Origin: Felis catus
Lineage: Eukaryota
Direction of reading: 5' to 3'
NCBI RefSeq assembly: GCF_018350175.1
Contig: NC_058373.1
Coordinates: forward strand, 113,896,001 to 113,960,000
Length of the DNA stretch: 64,000 nt
Shown here: one piece after another, positions 12,864 to 25,415 of the stretch
Numbering within the stretch: the stretch's first letter is position 1
Layout: the number at the start of each line of letters is the position of its first letter
Notes under the pieces: generated by a model
What the model was told of the DNA's origin: nothing
The model's input: the letters and a program-made list of their open reading frames with translations, nothing else
Databases searched by the model: none
Program-made: the position numbers and the translations under genes

Positions 12864-13259
12864 TTAATTGTATTTCAGCTGTGGACATTTTGAGCTTAGA
12901 GCATGATTAGGTTCTGGTTTTCCTGGAAATCGTCTTTGTAGGAAATACAGGTCTCAAATGTAGGTCTTGAGAAATTGAATGCAGGGATGGAGAAATAGGA
13001 GCCATCTAAAAATAATGTAAATCTACCTTGGAATGTATTTTTGAATTTACATGTGAATATGGTCCTGTCTTAGATTCTGGAAATTCAATACACTCCCCCA
13101 GGCCCTAATCTATTTTCCTACTTCTCCTTCACTACCCATTCTTCCCTCCGTGCATGCATGTGTGTGTGTTGCACACACACGTATTTTTGGCGAATAATGG
13201 ACAAATAGGCACAGTATTGTTAATTGGGCCATGCTTAAATAAACTGTTTTGCAAGTTGT

Positions 13260-14010
13260 TTCTTTTTATGTAAAAACATTGCAGAAAGAAATATACTGTA
13301 TTCTTTTTTAACAGCTTCCTATGAAGTCATATTGAATACATACATACATATTATGTGTATTTTTAACCCATTTGTTATTGATGGGCAGTTAGATGATGCC
13401 TAATCTTTCACTATTTCAAGCAGTGCTGCGTGTTATGTTCTTTTTTTTTTTTTAATTGAAAAGGAACATTCCTCATTGTAAATTTGGTCAAATTCTCCAT
13501 TCACAAAGGTAGAAAAATATGAAGAAGAAAATAAAAATCACTTACTCATAATTCTGTAACTAGAGATATCTTTAACATTCTCATGAGTTTCCTTCCATGC
13601 TTTTTTCAACGTATTTGTGCAAGTATTTACAAAACTAATACACTGTATTTAGTTTTGGTCCTATATTTTTCTATTTAACATTTTACTTTAGGTATTTTCT
13701 CACATCCTTAAATCTTTTTTTGAACAACTTGTCTGCATGTTATGTTTTGTCTGCTGTGAGTTGTCTGTTTATGTCCTTTGTTCATTTTCCTACTGGAATG
13801 TTAATGTGTGTTTTTATATTGATTTATAAGAACTCTTCATATAGTGAGACTATTAACCTTTTGTCTCTCTTATTTGTTTCAATTATTTTCCTTAGTTTTC
13901 CTTTGTCTTTTAATTTTATTTATGGAAACATTGATATATACAAATCTTAAATTTTTATATAATCAAATATGTATTTTCCTTTATAGTTTCTTTTGTTTAG
14001 GCTTAAAAGG
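13260..14010 (-). mobile_element. Ancient L1 (L1M/L1ME-like) fragments
   Basis: T-rich antisense L1-like text (TGTCTGTTTATGTCCTTTGTTCATTTTCCTACTGG...ATTAACCTTTTGTC; TTGTTATTGATGGGCAGTTAG). Confidence 0.6.
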
Positions 14011-14024
14011 ATTTTAAAAGAGGT

Positions 14025-14250
14025 AGTAGTAGTAATAATAATAATAATAATGATAGACACATTTTTGGGAACTTAGCTACCATGTCAACTCTTATAGATG
14101 TAAATTTATATATATTTACAGTTTATAACGTATCTGTGAGGTAGGTAATGTTATCTCTGTTTCACTGATAAGGAAATTAAGGCAGAGAGAATCATATAAA
14201 TAGAAGTGGCATAAACCCAAGCAGTCTGGTTGGTGAACCCACACTCTTCC
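14025..14250 (-). mobile_element. MIR with (TAA)n tail
   Basis: CTGTGAGGTAGGT...GATAAGGAAATTAAGGCAGAGAG...AACCCAAGCAGTCTGG. Confidence 0.6.
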
Positions 14251-14725
14251 TCACTTCTTTTATTGCCCTATGTTTTACTGGTACATTTGTTAAGCCTCAA
14301 TACTGTACTAAATCCTACTCTGTCTCAACAATCACTAAAAACAAAGAAGAAGTAAAATACCCAGATCTCCTCCTAGTGTTTTAAGTAGTTTTAATTATAC
14401 TTCATCCTAATTTGTCTGGCTGTCACCTTGATGTGTGGTATGAGGTGGGGCTCAGATTAAATTTTTTCAGTTAGTCAGTGTCACCAATATGTTAGCACCT
14501 CTTTAGGAATTTGGAAAGGACTCACCTTTTCTAAGAAGTCTTTATAATTAGTGCCATTTCATCTCAGTTGTTTCTTCAGTTACATTTCTTCAGAGCTCTT
14601 GGTTTCTCCAGCAACTTTGGTCTGCATAATTTTGTGGAATCTCATGTTGCCTGAGATTAAAACGTTCACGAAACAAGAAAGATTAACTCTTCATGTTGTT
14701 TTTATTCACTGTATAAGAATAGGAT

Positions 14726-15226
14726 AAGCAACTCTTATCCTAGGCTCAATGAACTTGCTCTTCCCACTTCTGAATTCAGGATATCCATGAACTTAGATAA
14801 GAAAACAATTATATCTCCATTTTCACTAACCTTTGTAACTGAAATTGACCATTTCCTTGGGTTTTAAATGTAGACAACAAACTATGGTAGTATTAGCAGT
14901 ACCCATGATTTTAAACTACAGATATTTAATATTACATTTTAGTTGTTTGAGATATTTTGAAATGTTTTTATGCTTATCACTACTTTGACATTATAGTATT
15001 CGTATTAGACCCACTATTGGATTTTGCTGTGTAATGGATTAAGAAGTGTATTTACTAACATTTTACATATTCAAAAATTATTTTCAAAACTGGGTTTCTA
15101 TAAAACTGATTGTCTTTGTAGTCCTATGTATTTTATGCACTTAGAAACACACTTTTTGAGAAGAGGTCCACAGGCTTCATCAGACCACCAAAGGGATTCA
15201 TGGCATAAACAGTATGAAGAGCCTTT
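14726..15226. mobile_element. hAT-Charlie DNA transposon, Charlie4a-like, near full length
   Basis: Colinear with the remembered Charlie4a consensus (TTTTCACTAACCT...GTAGTATTAGCAGTACC...CCTATGTATTTTATGCA...GGTCCACAGGCTTCATCAGAC). Termini are degenerate. Confidence 0.8.
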
Positions 15227-15546
15227 CTCTATTTGAATGCAAGGTATCCCATTGGGCTTTATAAATACTCATTAGGTACTGAGTGATCAAGAGGTGATTT
15301 GGGAAGGGCTGAAAAGAGTCCAGCATATCCCTCTCTCTTGCCTTGATCCTTTCATGTCTGGAAGAGTTCTCTTTATCATCCTAAATAGAACTGCTTATTC
15401 TCTTCTTTCTCCTTCCCCTTTCCTACTCTCCCCCCCTTTTCACTTAGTACCTCTCTTTCTTCCTACTGTCTTGTTCGTTTCTCTCTCATCCTCTTCCTCC
15501 TTCACTTTGCTTTTTCTCCTTTTCTTTTTTTTAATGTTTACTTATT

Positions 15547-15761
15547 ATTTAAAAAAATTTTTTTAACGTTTATTTATTTTTGAGACAGAGACAGAGCATG
15601 AATGGGGGAGGGATAGAGAGAGGGAGACACAGAATCTGAAACAGGCTCCAGGCTCTGAGCTGTCAGCACAGAGCCCGACGTGGGGCTCGAACTCACGGAC
15701 CGCGAGATCATGACCTGAGCCGAAGTCAGCCGCTTAACCGACTGAGCCACCCAGGCGCCCC
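15547..15761 (-). mobile_element. Young SINEC inserted into the tail of an older SINEC
   Basis: Many intact CpGs, ends CCAGGCGCCCC. TSD TAATGTTTA(C/T)TTATT at 15532-15546 and 15762-15776. Confidence 0.93.
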
Positions 15762-15956
15762 TAATGTTTATTTATTTTTGAGAAAGAGAGCGAGAGAGCA
15801 TGAACAGGGGAGGGACAGCGAGAGAGGGAGACACAGAATCTGAAGCATGCTGAGCTTACAGCTCAGAGCCCTTTGCGGGGCTCAAACCCACCAACTGTGA
15901 GATCATGACCTGAGCCAAGGTCGGGCACTTAACCCAGTGAGCCACCCAGGGACCCC
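15762..15956 (-). mobile_element. Older SINEC (host of the nested copy; its tail continues at 15527-15546)
   Basis: Outer perfect TSD TCTCCTTTTCTT at 15515-15526 and 15957-15968 encloses both copies. Confidence 0.92.
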
Positions 15957-18010
15957 TCTCCTTTTCTTGCTGTACACTCTCTGAAAACATTAATATATCA
16001 AGGAGTTTGTGTTTCAGCTATTTTCAAACAATGTTTCCTCTTTGGGGTCTAAGAATGAATTTAGGACCAGGGGTAAACAAAAGGATTGATAAAAAGGGTT
16101 AATAATATCAACCAAAAGTTGAAAGCAAGATCTGTCAAAGATAAATGTAAGGTAATTACCTGGAGATAATTAAGAATTGACCTTAGAGGGCACCTACCTT
16201 GTTACTTGTCTGGCCCCAGGAAAGAGCATGTGTACCTCGGCCTGGCCCCATTGTTTCAAGGCCTGCTTCCATATCTGACTTACCCAGCTCCTTTTATAAA
16301 CTGCTTGCCTCATAAGACAACCATTCACTCTTAATTTTCACAGTACCCACATGGAAGGACCTGTTTTAAAAGAATTAGACAATTAGACTGTCTTATTGAG
16401 TTGCAGTCATTTCTTTGGAATTGGTTCCAAAGTATACATATTTATGGGCAAAAGTTATCACAGGTTTTTTCACCGAAAGTGGAACTTCTGATGCCTGAAT
16501 AAGTTAGGGTTTAGTTTCTGAAATGCTCATGCTGTGGTTTCACCTATCTGCTGAAATGTAATAGCAGTTCATCTTAGTCATTGGTCATGGATACCTACTG
16601 ATACAATCTGTATAGAATCTGCTATAGAATCTGTCTTCTTTTTCTTAAAGTAAGTTCTAGGTCTGGGATAATGCCATTTTTTCTACACTAAAAACATTAG
16701 CTCGTCTTACAGCTAACATAAGCTGAAAATTAGAGGTGCCTGGGGGAGGGAAATGAGGCAGGTGGATTGTTTACATGAGTGCTATAGTTTCACTTTTTAT
16801 GCACCAGTCACCTTGGAAGAATTAATGCCTGTAAGTTTGCCAATCAGATTGCTCCAGTCATCTCTAAACATTCCATTTGGTTTATTAGAATAATAAATAC
16901 TGTGCAAAGAAAGTTCATCTGGATCCAGGACATTATACTGTGGTCAACCAAAAAAATATGTGCTGCACCCTATCTCTGACTAGATTCGGTCATGTGATAC
17001 ACTGAATTTGAAAAATGGCTACAGATTTACCCTATTTGGGCATTGAATTTGTGGGCTGATACGTGGAATTGTAGCCCTTATAACTGAAGTCACACCATCT
17101 TTGTAACCTGTCCTGGCCAATGTTGGTGGCCATTTCCCTGGCCATTTCTGTCATGCCCTTCAACATCTGATGTCTGCTAAGTGTTCTCTGTGGGGAGGAG
17201 TAAGGGGGCTCTCTACATTCTGCCAGATAGATTTGGGTATCTGAAGTCACATTTTCGAACGGTCCATGAAATGTTTCATCTGATTTGATGACTGTGACTC
17301 TGGATTTACTTCACTTGAAGACATCTCAGTTTTTTACGTCTGCCTTTCAGGTCCTCGCGTGATCTGTTTCTTCTCCTCTGAGTCAGGCTTGTTGTAGCTG
17401 TTCCCCAGATACCTCTACCACTTCCAGGGAAATAGCCCTGTGAAGCACACTGCTCAGTCATTATACGTTGATATTTCTCCCAAGCTCTTTTCCTTATCTG
17501 TAGTGTCCCTTTTCTCTGTGGTCAGTTCATCACCCTACTGTATTTCCAAGGCATGGGTTAAATCCCACCTCCTTCATGAGCCTTTCCTATTGTCTTAATC
17601 TTTCACCAATCCCTCTTGCCACTACACTTCCACAGATCTAACAGTTGGTACAGAAAGATAAACTTTAGCGTGGGAAGCAATCTAATAGATTACAGTAAAT
17701 ACTAAAGTTATCAATGTAAATTCTGGTTTTCCTCACGTAAGCTACATATTAAAGAGATTGTAAGTAATTGATATTTCTCAGGACAAAGTTTATACATAAC
17801 ATTTCATTGCTTGGGATATAGGATTCAGGGAAACGTAAAATCTGAAAGAAATTATAAAATGATCAATGCACTAATCAAATTAATTGTAGTGTTAATTACA
17901 AAGGGAAAAATGCCTTCAGTGTCTAACAATGGCAAAGTGACTAGGTTTGACTATAATATACACACTGAATACACTATGCATTTATTGATAACAATTTAAA
18001 ATTAAGTGAT

Positions 18011-18246
18011 GGGGGCGCCTGGGTGGCTCAGTCAGTTGAGCATCTGACATCGGCTCAGGTCATGATCTCACGGTTCGTGGGTTTGAGCCCCACATCGGGC
18101 TCTGTGCTGAGAGCATAGAGCCTGGAGGTGCTTCAAATTCTGTGTCTCCCTCTCTCTCTGTTCCTCCCCTACTCATGCTCTGTCTCTCTCTCTCTCCTTC
18201 AAAAAATAAATTTAAAAAACATTAAAAAAATAAAATAAAATAAAAT
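18011..18246 (+). mobile_element. SINEC, full length
   Basis: GGGGCGCCTGGGTGGCTCAG head, (CT)n, (TAAAA)n tail. TSD AAAATTAAGTGAT at 17998-18010 and 18247-18259. Confidence 0.96.
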
Positions 18247-18460
18247 AAAATTAAGTGATAACTTTTGAAGACTATGCATTGATAAGAATTTTTGTAGAGT
18301 AGTAAGCTATAAAAGCAGAATACAAAATCATAAAAATGTGTATATTTGAATCAAGATGAGAAGGGAACATGGATAAATGTTAACAGTTGATTGTTAAGGT
18401 TATGGGATTGGTAAATTTTTTGAAATATTTCTGTTATAGATATTATAAACCCTAAATTTT

Positions 18461-18469
18461 ATGTATGTA

Positions 18470-18527
<58 letters not shown>
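18461..18527. repeat. (TA)n/(TATG)n microsatellite
   Basis: Directly visible in the sequence. Confidence 0.96.
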
Positions 18528-18533
<6 letters not shown>

Positions 18534-18637
18534 GAGCTTAATATGTTTTCTGTAATGATTTTTGGTCTCCTAACTTAATTGTCAAGCACTGTGAAAATAG
18601 TCTGTGTTTTTTATTTCTTCCATACCCCATGTTTTTA

Positions 18638-18872
18638 AGAGAGTAAATTGCTGCAGCCACTATAGAAAACAGTTTGGAGGCTTCTCAAAAAATTAAAAAT
18701 AGAACCATCACATGATCCAGCAATTCTACTTCTGGACATTTGTCCAAAGAAATGAAATCGTGATTTTGAAGAGACACCTGTAACACCATGTTCACTGCAG
18801 CATTATTTACAATAGCTAAAACATGGAAATAACCCAAGTGTCCATCGATGGATAAATAGAGATGAGGTGTGT

Positions 18873-18911
<39 letters not shown>

Positions 18912-19326
18912 TATATAGTATATATATTATATGTATATATATGTATATTATATATATGTATATACAATATATACTGTAATATATAATGTATATATATTAC
19001 ATTATGTGTAACTATAATGTATATATAATATTACATTATACTGTATTATATGCATAATAAATATATATCAGTAATATTCCATTATATGTATATATGTAGA
19101 CATAAAAACACATGAAATCTTGCTAATTACAACAACATGAATGGACCTTGAGGGCATTATGCTAAGTTAAATAAGCCAGACAGAGAAAGAGAAATACCAT
19201 ATGATCTCTCTTATATATGGAATTAAACAACAACAGCAGTAACACATCAACAAATTCATAGATCCAGAGAACAACAGTTTGGTGGTTGCCAGAGGTGGGT
19301 GGGGTAATGGGATCAAAAAGTGAAGA
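18638..19326 (+). mobile_element. L1 fragment (ORF2 3' end and 3' UTR) interrupted by a TA-rich expansion
   Basis: CAGCCACTATAGAAAACAGTTTGGAGG...GATCCAGCAATTCTACTTCTGG...ATGGACCTTGAGGGCATTATGCTAAG...GGTGGTTGCCAGAGG. Confidence 0.9.
18872..19098. repeat. Degenerate (TA)n-rich tract inside the L1
   Basis: About 230 bp of nearly pure alternating A/T. Confidence 0.92.
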
Positions 19327-19368
19327 AGAGAAAAGAAAAAAACCTCTTTTAAAAAAGTAATAAATAAT

Positions 19369-19573
19369 GGGGTGCCTGGGTTGCTCAGTCGGTTAAGCAT
19401 TTGACTTCAGCTCAGGTCATGATCTTATAGTTCCTGAGTTAGAGCCCTGGTCGGGCTCTGTGCTGACAGCTCAGAGACGGGAGCCTGCTTTAGATCCTGT
19501 GTCTCCTTCTCTCTCTGTACTCCTCCCCTTCTCATGCTCTGTCTCTCAAAAATGAATAAAGGTTTAAAAAAAA
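19369..19573 (+). mobile_element. SINEC
   Basis: GGGGTGCCTGGGTTGCTCAG head, A tail, imperfect TSD (AAAAAGTAATAAATA / AAAAGGTAATCAATA). Confidence 0.93.
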
Positions 19574-19974
19574 GGTAATCAATAGTAAAAAAAGAACAGA
19601 TATTATGTCTCCAAAGAAATATTTAGTAATCAAGAATTACCAACAAATGTAATGCAGTTTAACTTTGGGAGAAAGAAAGATTTGTTCTTCTCTAAGAATA
19701 TATGCATTATTTTGGGGGTACATATGTTTTTAAAAAGTCATGTCTTCTCTGTCACCTGGAAAAGCAGAATATCAAAGAGCAATTAAATAATCTCTTGATT
19801 TATAAGGTGAACACTTAATATGCATCAAGAGTCCTCACTGGGAGTCTGGAGGTTTATAATCAGTCTGTAAAAAAATACAAACACAAAATGGTGGAGAATT
19901 GTACAGTAGATAGTTAATGCTTTTGATTAATGGATAGATGTATTAATTATAAGGAAAGTAAAGACATTCAAACT

Positions 19975-20155
19975 AAAGGATGCATTTTGAATACTTACCA
20001 TGTGCAAGACATGATGCTAAATATTTAGTAGTTTGTTTCATATAAATATTTGTAAAACCCAAAAAGTTATTACTACCTACCTTTTAACAATGAGGTGTCT
20101 GAGATTCAGAAATAGGACTTGTGGGATAACACATGGTTAGTAAGATTTGAAACCA
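19975..20155 (-). mobile_element. MIR fragment
   Basis: TTGAATACTTACCATGTGCAAGAC...ATGAGGTGTCTGAGATTCAGA. Confidence 0.5.
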
Positions 20156-20589
20156 GTTGTTGGTTTGGTTCTTTGTTTTTTTCTTACTCCAGAAGCATAT
20201 TTCTTTAGTCAGTAATAAAATTACTATGACCCTGGAAAGTTCCCATGGACTTTACATCTTAATAAAATTTAGTCTTTTGGTTCACTGACTAATAAAATAA
20301 TGTGTGAGTATATGTGTGTTTATTACCAATGATGATTTCTATAGTCCCTTCAAAATACAATTTATTTTATAAAACTAAGTCATCTCAAGGACAGCATCCA
20401 CAATGTAGACCATCCTGTTAGATTGTGTATGTGTGTGTGTTTGTGTGATGTCAAACAGTGAATGTACCTTTCCCACCGTATTCCAACTCAAGGCTTTCCC
20501 ACAGGTTGCCTGTTTGAGGGCAGTTCTTGACCATCCCCACGAGACAGTTTACTTACTGGAGAGTATTGTTTTGTCTTTCACACACAGAT

Positions 20590-20740
20590 ACTATTTGAAT
20601 TAGACTTTTGTGGTTGTGAGGAATAAAGACCCACTGAAACTAGCTCAAATGAAAAGAAGGTTTACTGACTGCAAAGGAGGAAGAGTCTCCTGGAAAGTCA
20701 AGAACAGAAGCCATGATAGGTGGAGCATCAGGGAGGTTCA
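20590..20740 (-). mobile_element. MLT1-type (ERVL-MaLR) LTR fragment
   Basis: GGTTGTGAGGAATAAAGACCCACTGAAACTAGCTCAAATGAAAAG resembles an MLT1J/K/L LTR end. Confidence 0.5.
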
Positions 20741-21378
20741 TACCGGAATGTTGACTTTAGCAGCAGGAACAGGGGAGCCTCATTCACTGACATGTCTCCA
20801 TTAGAGTCTGAGCAGTTTCTCCTGGACCCCACCCACTGTCAAATTTTCCCCTCACTTCTTGCCCTTGACTCGGTTGCTTAACACTGGTCTAGTCAACTTT
20901 GACTAGGAATGGGTAACCATGGTCTGAAAAAAGACTACCCAAAGCCACTGACAATAGACGCTCTAGAATTTTCCATATTGGGGCATGGAAGCAGCAACAG
21001 CAATGGTGGGAGGGAAGAAGGATGCCTCTTGATGCTGTATTTTCAGAAACATTTACAGAAAATTTTATTTGTCTATATCAAAGAATGTGAGAGAGAGGGA
21101 AGTTGGGCCTTGAACCAACACTGGTAGAAGGGACTATAGATAAGTGGTCTCCCTAAGGAGACATGCTTGTGGCAGGCCAAGATCAAAGTGTCTAGTATAG
21201 AAACATGAAACATTATTGTTACTTATTCAGGCATTTTAGATTTGTTTTTAATAAAGTACTGATACTTAGACCCATGTTTAGACTCTGAGTCACTCAGAGG
21301 TAAGAGGTTCCCATTAGAGGTAGAAAAAAATATAAAACCTAAACTAGAGGAAATCAGACCAATGAAATGGCAATTTCT

Positions 21379-21902
21379 TTATTAAAAAAATTTTTTTATT
21401 ATTATTTTTAATCTAAATTTAAGTTAGTTAACAGATAGTGTAGTATTGGTTTCAGGAGTAGAATTTAGTGATTTCATCACTTACATATAACAAGTGCCCT
21501 CCTTAATGCCCATCACCCATTTAGTCCGTCCCCCCACCCACCTCCCCTCTGGCAACCTTCAGTTTGTTGTCTGTATTTAGGAGTCTCTTATGGTTCACCT
21601 CCCTCTCTGTTTTTCTTAATTTATTTTTCCTTCTCTTCCCCTCCATTCATTTTATTTCTTAAATTCCACATATGAGTGAAATTGTATATTTTTCTCTGAC
21701 TTATTTCACTTAGCATAATACACTTTAGTTCCAACCATGTTGTTGCAAATGGCAAGATTTCATATTATATATATAATATTATCTTTTCATCAGTCGATGT
21801 ACATTTGGGCTCTTTCCATAATTTGGCTCTTGTTGATAGTGCTGCTATAAACATTGGGATGTGTGTACCATTCGAATCACCATTTTTGTATCCATTGGAT
21901 TA
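21379..21902 (-). mobile_element. 5'-truncated carnivore L1 (3' end)
   Basis: Antisense L1 3' UTR (GGTTTCAGGAGTAGAATTTAGTGATT...TTATTTCACTTAGCATAATA...GCAAATGGCAAGATTTCAT). TSD AAATG(G/T)CAATTTCT at 21365-21378 and 21903-21916. Confidence 0.92.
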
Positions 21903-21949
21903 AAATGTCAATTTCTAAACTATAGCCTCACCCCCTCCACCACCCTAAC

Positions 21950-22382
21950 CCAAGTCACCATCATTTGTGATTGAAACAATTATAATAGCTTGGCTTTCCC
22001 GTTTCTACTTTTGTCCTCTTAAATCTATTCCTTGTATAGCAGCAAGTGTGGTCTTTCTAAAATATTAATCATGTCCTATCACTCCTCTGCTGAAAGCCCT
22101 CTAGTGGCTTCTCATCTTTCTCAGAATATAATCCAAAATCCTCACCATGGCCTCCAGGATTTTACGTGATCTCCCATCTTTCTCGTAGGATTTCTCTCTT
22201 GATTATAGCTGTACTTGACTACTTGTCATTCCTCCAGCCAACACACCAACACGGTGTGCCCTGCTATGATAGAAGCTCCACGAGGGCAGGGACTGTGTTT
22301 TGACTGCTATAATCTCAACCCCTAAAACAGAGCCTGTCACATAGAAGGTGCATTATAAATATTGGTTGAATGACATGAATTG
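21950..22382 (+). mobile_element. L2 3' fragment
   Basis: TCACTCCTCTGCTGAAAGCCCTCTAGTGGCTTCTCAT...AAGCTCCACGAGGGCAGGGAC...AAATATTGGTTGAATGA. Confidence 0.78.
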
Positions 22383-23454
22383 AATCACACGAGAGTCTCT
22401 TTTCAAAGAAAGGGGAGGGAGTGCTAAACAGGCATCCTCTTGAGCTGTAATCAATGAAGACAAGTCATTCTTTCAAAGTTTGGGATTTTTCCTTCTCTTT
22501 TATATCTGCCACTCCTAGAAATTGTATGATTATGATGCCCTCCCAAAATTCTTGATTTTCTCAAGGAAATCTAAATGTTAACTTTTAGACGCATATGAAT
22601 GAATTTTAAATGTTGGAAAACACAGTTAGTGGAAGCGTGGGGATTTCAGGAAGTTGTGGAAATACAGTGCCTTCAGCATGTTGGTCTTTCCCCACTGAAC
22701 CTTTATTCCATGAGGCCTATCTGCTCTTTTTCTCATTTGAAAAAAAAAAAAAAAACTAAACAAAATGCAAAGAAAAGGAGGAGGATGTAAAAACTCAGAG
22801 CACAAATAGAATGCTTAAAAGGCCTTTGCTAGGCTCAGCACATGTGATTTAGCAAGAAGGCACTTGCCTTATTTTAGGGACTGAAGAATCAGACAAAGTT
22901 AAGAATGCAACTCCAGTTGTAATCTGACAATATGGTTATAAATGGCCATATTTTCATATGATTCCAAGTACGATGGATAGCAGACCCAGGGATTAGCACA
23001 GGTCTGTGGTGGATACACGCACAGGGCACCAATGTATTTGTTTTTTACGTTATCTCTCAGGTCAATTCAAAGAAGAAGCTGGCAACACATTTTATAAAAT
23101 AAATTCTCTTAGTCATCCTAGAAAATTTTGGTAAGCGGCCAGTGATTACATTTATTTTAGTCTTTTTTTGTTTCCAGTTAGATATTTTCCAGTGCATATT
23201 TGTACCAAAAATTTTTCTGTACCAAAAATTTTTCTGAAAAAACAAATGATATAGCTCAAAATTAGTATCATTATTTCTATGCTGTCTGGAGTAGAAATTG
23301 CCTTCTTTTTTGTTGTTGTTTGTTTCTAATTTGGAAGTTTATGTAGTTATCAGCAAAAAAGCTGGATTTGGAAAATTCATTTGATGTGTGGTTTTCTGTC
23401 TCACACAGATGGGTTATGTGATATCTTGATCAAGGAAATGGTTGTAGGGAAATG

Positions 23455-23680
23455 AAAAGGGGACTGGATACTGAGTGTCAAGGTTGGGTCTGGTCCTGAT
23501 ATGTCCCCTTCATGTCCTTTATCACAGCTTTCTGAGCTCTGCGTTTCTTATGTGTAAACACAAGGACAAAAATAGAATTTCTACCTTACATGGTTATTAT
23601 AAAAATTAAATAATCCTTGTGGAGGTAACAAGGATGATCCCTGACACATTGGAAGGTACTTGGGGAAATATTTGTTTGTT
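23455..23680 (+). mobile_element. MIR (degenerate)
   Basis: TTTCTGAGCTCTGCGTTTCTTATGTGTAAA...CTACCTTACATGGTTATTATAAAAATTAAATAA. Confidence 0.55.
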
Positions 23681-24574
23681 CCCCTGTTCATCATGGCATG
23701 TTACTATCATGCTACTGTAGCCTTGATTCTCTGGCTGTTCCAGTGTCTTTCATAGCTCAGATTATAGGGACACATAAATTTATTATTGCATCTATCAGCC
23801 TTCTGTATATTAGGTTCTGAGTAGATTATTCATTATAGTCATAAGTGATTCCTGAAGTGAGCACCCTCTGGGCCTCTTCTGGTACTTCTGTTAGCCTTGT
23901 GTATTTATATGTTTTGTGTTATGCCTCCCCCAGTTAAGTCATTGGTGCTGAGCCTGCTGATTCTTCCTCATCTCAGTGTCCTCTGTAGCACTTTGTGTAG
24001 TGTCTGATCTACGATACACTTAGTAAAGTTCTGTTGAATTTCAATAGGTACCCGAAAAGAAGGAGGGTGTATTCTTTTAGCGAAGTAAGAAAGCACTGTG
24101 GGTTTAATGGTTATGCCATAACCATGCTTGCTTCCCCCCCATAATACCCAACATTAGAACCCTGTGTTCTTACTGAGTCTGGCTGGGGCAGATAGAAGGA
24201 GCTTAGGTTTTCATTAATGGCATGGGGAGCTGGTTCTGTTGGAGATCTTAGATGGTGATGTACCTGTTATTCCTGATGGCTGATATAGTTCTGCGTCTCT
24301 GACATCTGTCTCCTTTTTTCAGTAGTCAGAAAGGGAAAATGGTATATTTAGAAACGTCAAACCAATCAATTCTGTGATAATTCTTGGCTCTCTATAACTT
24401 GAGGCTTGCAAGTTGATGTCTTAAAGCTTCATTTTCCTTCCTGACCTCTACCTAGTGCTTAAGGTAGCAGGCACCGGTTAGGCGTGGTGCCTTGGTCGTG
24501 ATGCTGTGATTCAAGCAGGAGGGCTAAGGCTATATGGCCCACAGATTTATGACTATTTAGCCTATTATTTAGTC

Positions 24575-25005
24575 TCTTATCAGATATTTATTGGGCACCT
24601 ACCTCTGAGCCAGTTGCATACTAGACATTGAGGAGAGAGTGGTGAACAAAACAGAGGTCCTGTCTTCAAGGAGCTCACATTCTAGTGGAGGGAATCAGAC
24701 AAGAAGCAAAAAACCAAACATTTGCGGCATTTTTAGATGGTGATAAATGTGACAAGGGAATTAAAACCAAGGCAGGTGATAACAGGGAGATGGGTGGGTA
24801 ATGGTGGAGAGACTAGGAAATGGTTGGTTAGAGAAGGCCTCCCTGAGGAGATGGTTTGAGCTAAGACTTAAAGAATGAGAAGGATCCAGTCAGGGGGAGA
24901 AGCAAGGAGAACATTCGAGATAGATGGAAATAGGTGGTGCTGAGGACCTGGGATAGGAAGCCACCTTGGAGAATTCTCCAACTGAAAGGTGGCCAGCATG
25001 ACTGA
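24575..25005 (-). mobile_element. L2 3' fragment
   Basis: ATATTTATTGGGCACCTAC...GGTGAACAAAACAGA...CAAGGAGCTCACATTCTAGTGG...AGAGAAGGCCTCCCTGAGGAG. Confidence 0.8.
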
Positions 25006-25008
25006 AAT

Positions 25009-25019
25009 TGTGTGTGTGT

Positions 25020-25052
<33 letters not shown>
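25009..25052. repeat. (GT)n microsatellite
   Basis: Directly visible, with one interruption. Confidence 0.96.
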
Positions 25053-25055
<3 letters not shown>

Positions 25056-25185
25056 TGGGGAGGTGGTGAAGCTGGGAGGAGGGAAGGATAGTGGGGTAGT
25101 GACAGAAACTTGTTTCCTTACATTCACAAGAACATTCAACTGCTAACATAAACAATCCCTGATATTGTATTTGAAGACATACTTG

Positions 25186-25317
25186 GGGGCACCTGGGCTC
25201 AGTCAGTTAAACAGCCAACTCTTGGTTTCAGCTCGGGTCACTATCTCAGGTTCATGGGTTCGAGTCCTGCATGGGGCTCTGTACTGACAGCAGGGAGCCT
25301 GCTTGGGATTCTCTCTC

Positions 25318-25368
<51 letters not shown>

Positions 25369-25415
25369 CCTCCCCCATTCTTTCTCTCTCAAAATAAATA
25401 AATAAACTTAAAAAA
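25186..25415 (+). mobile_element. SINEC
   Basis: Head GGGGCACCTGG, (CT)n, AAATAAATAAATAAACTTAAAA tail. TSD AAGA(C/T)ATACTTG at 25174-25185 and 25416-25427. Confidence 0.94.
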
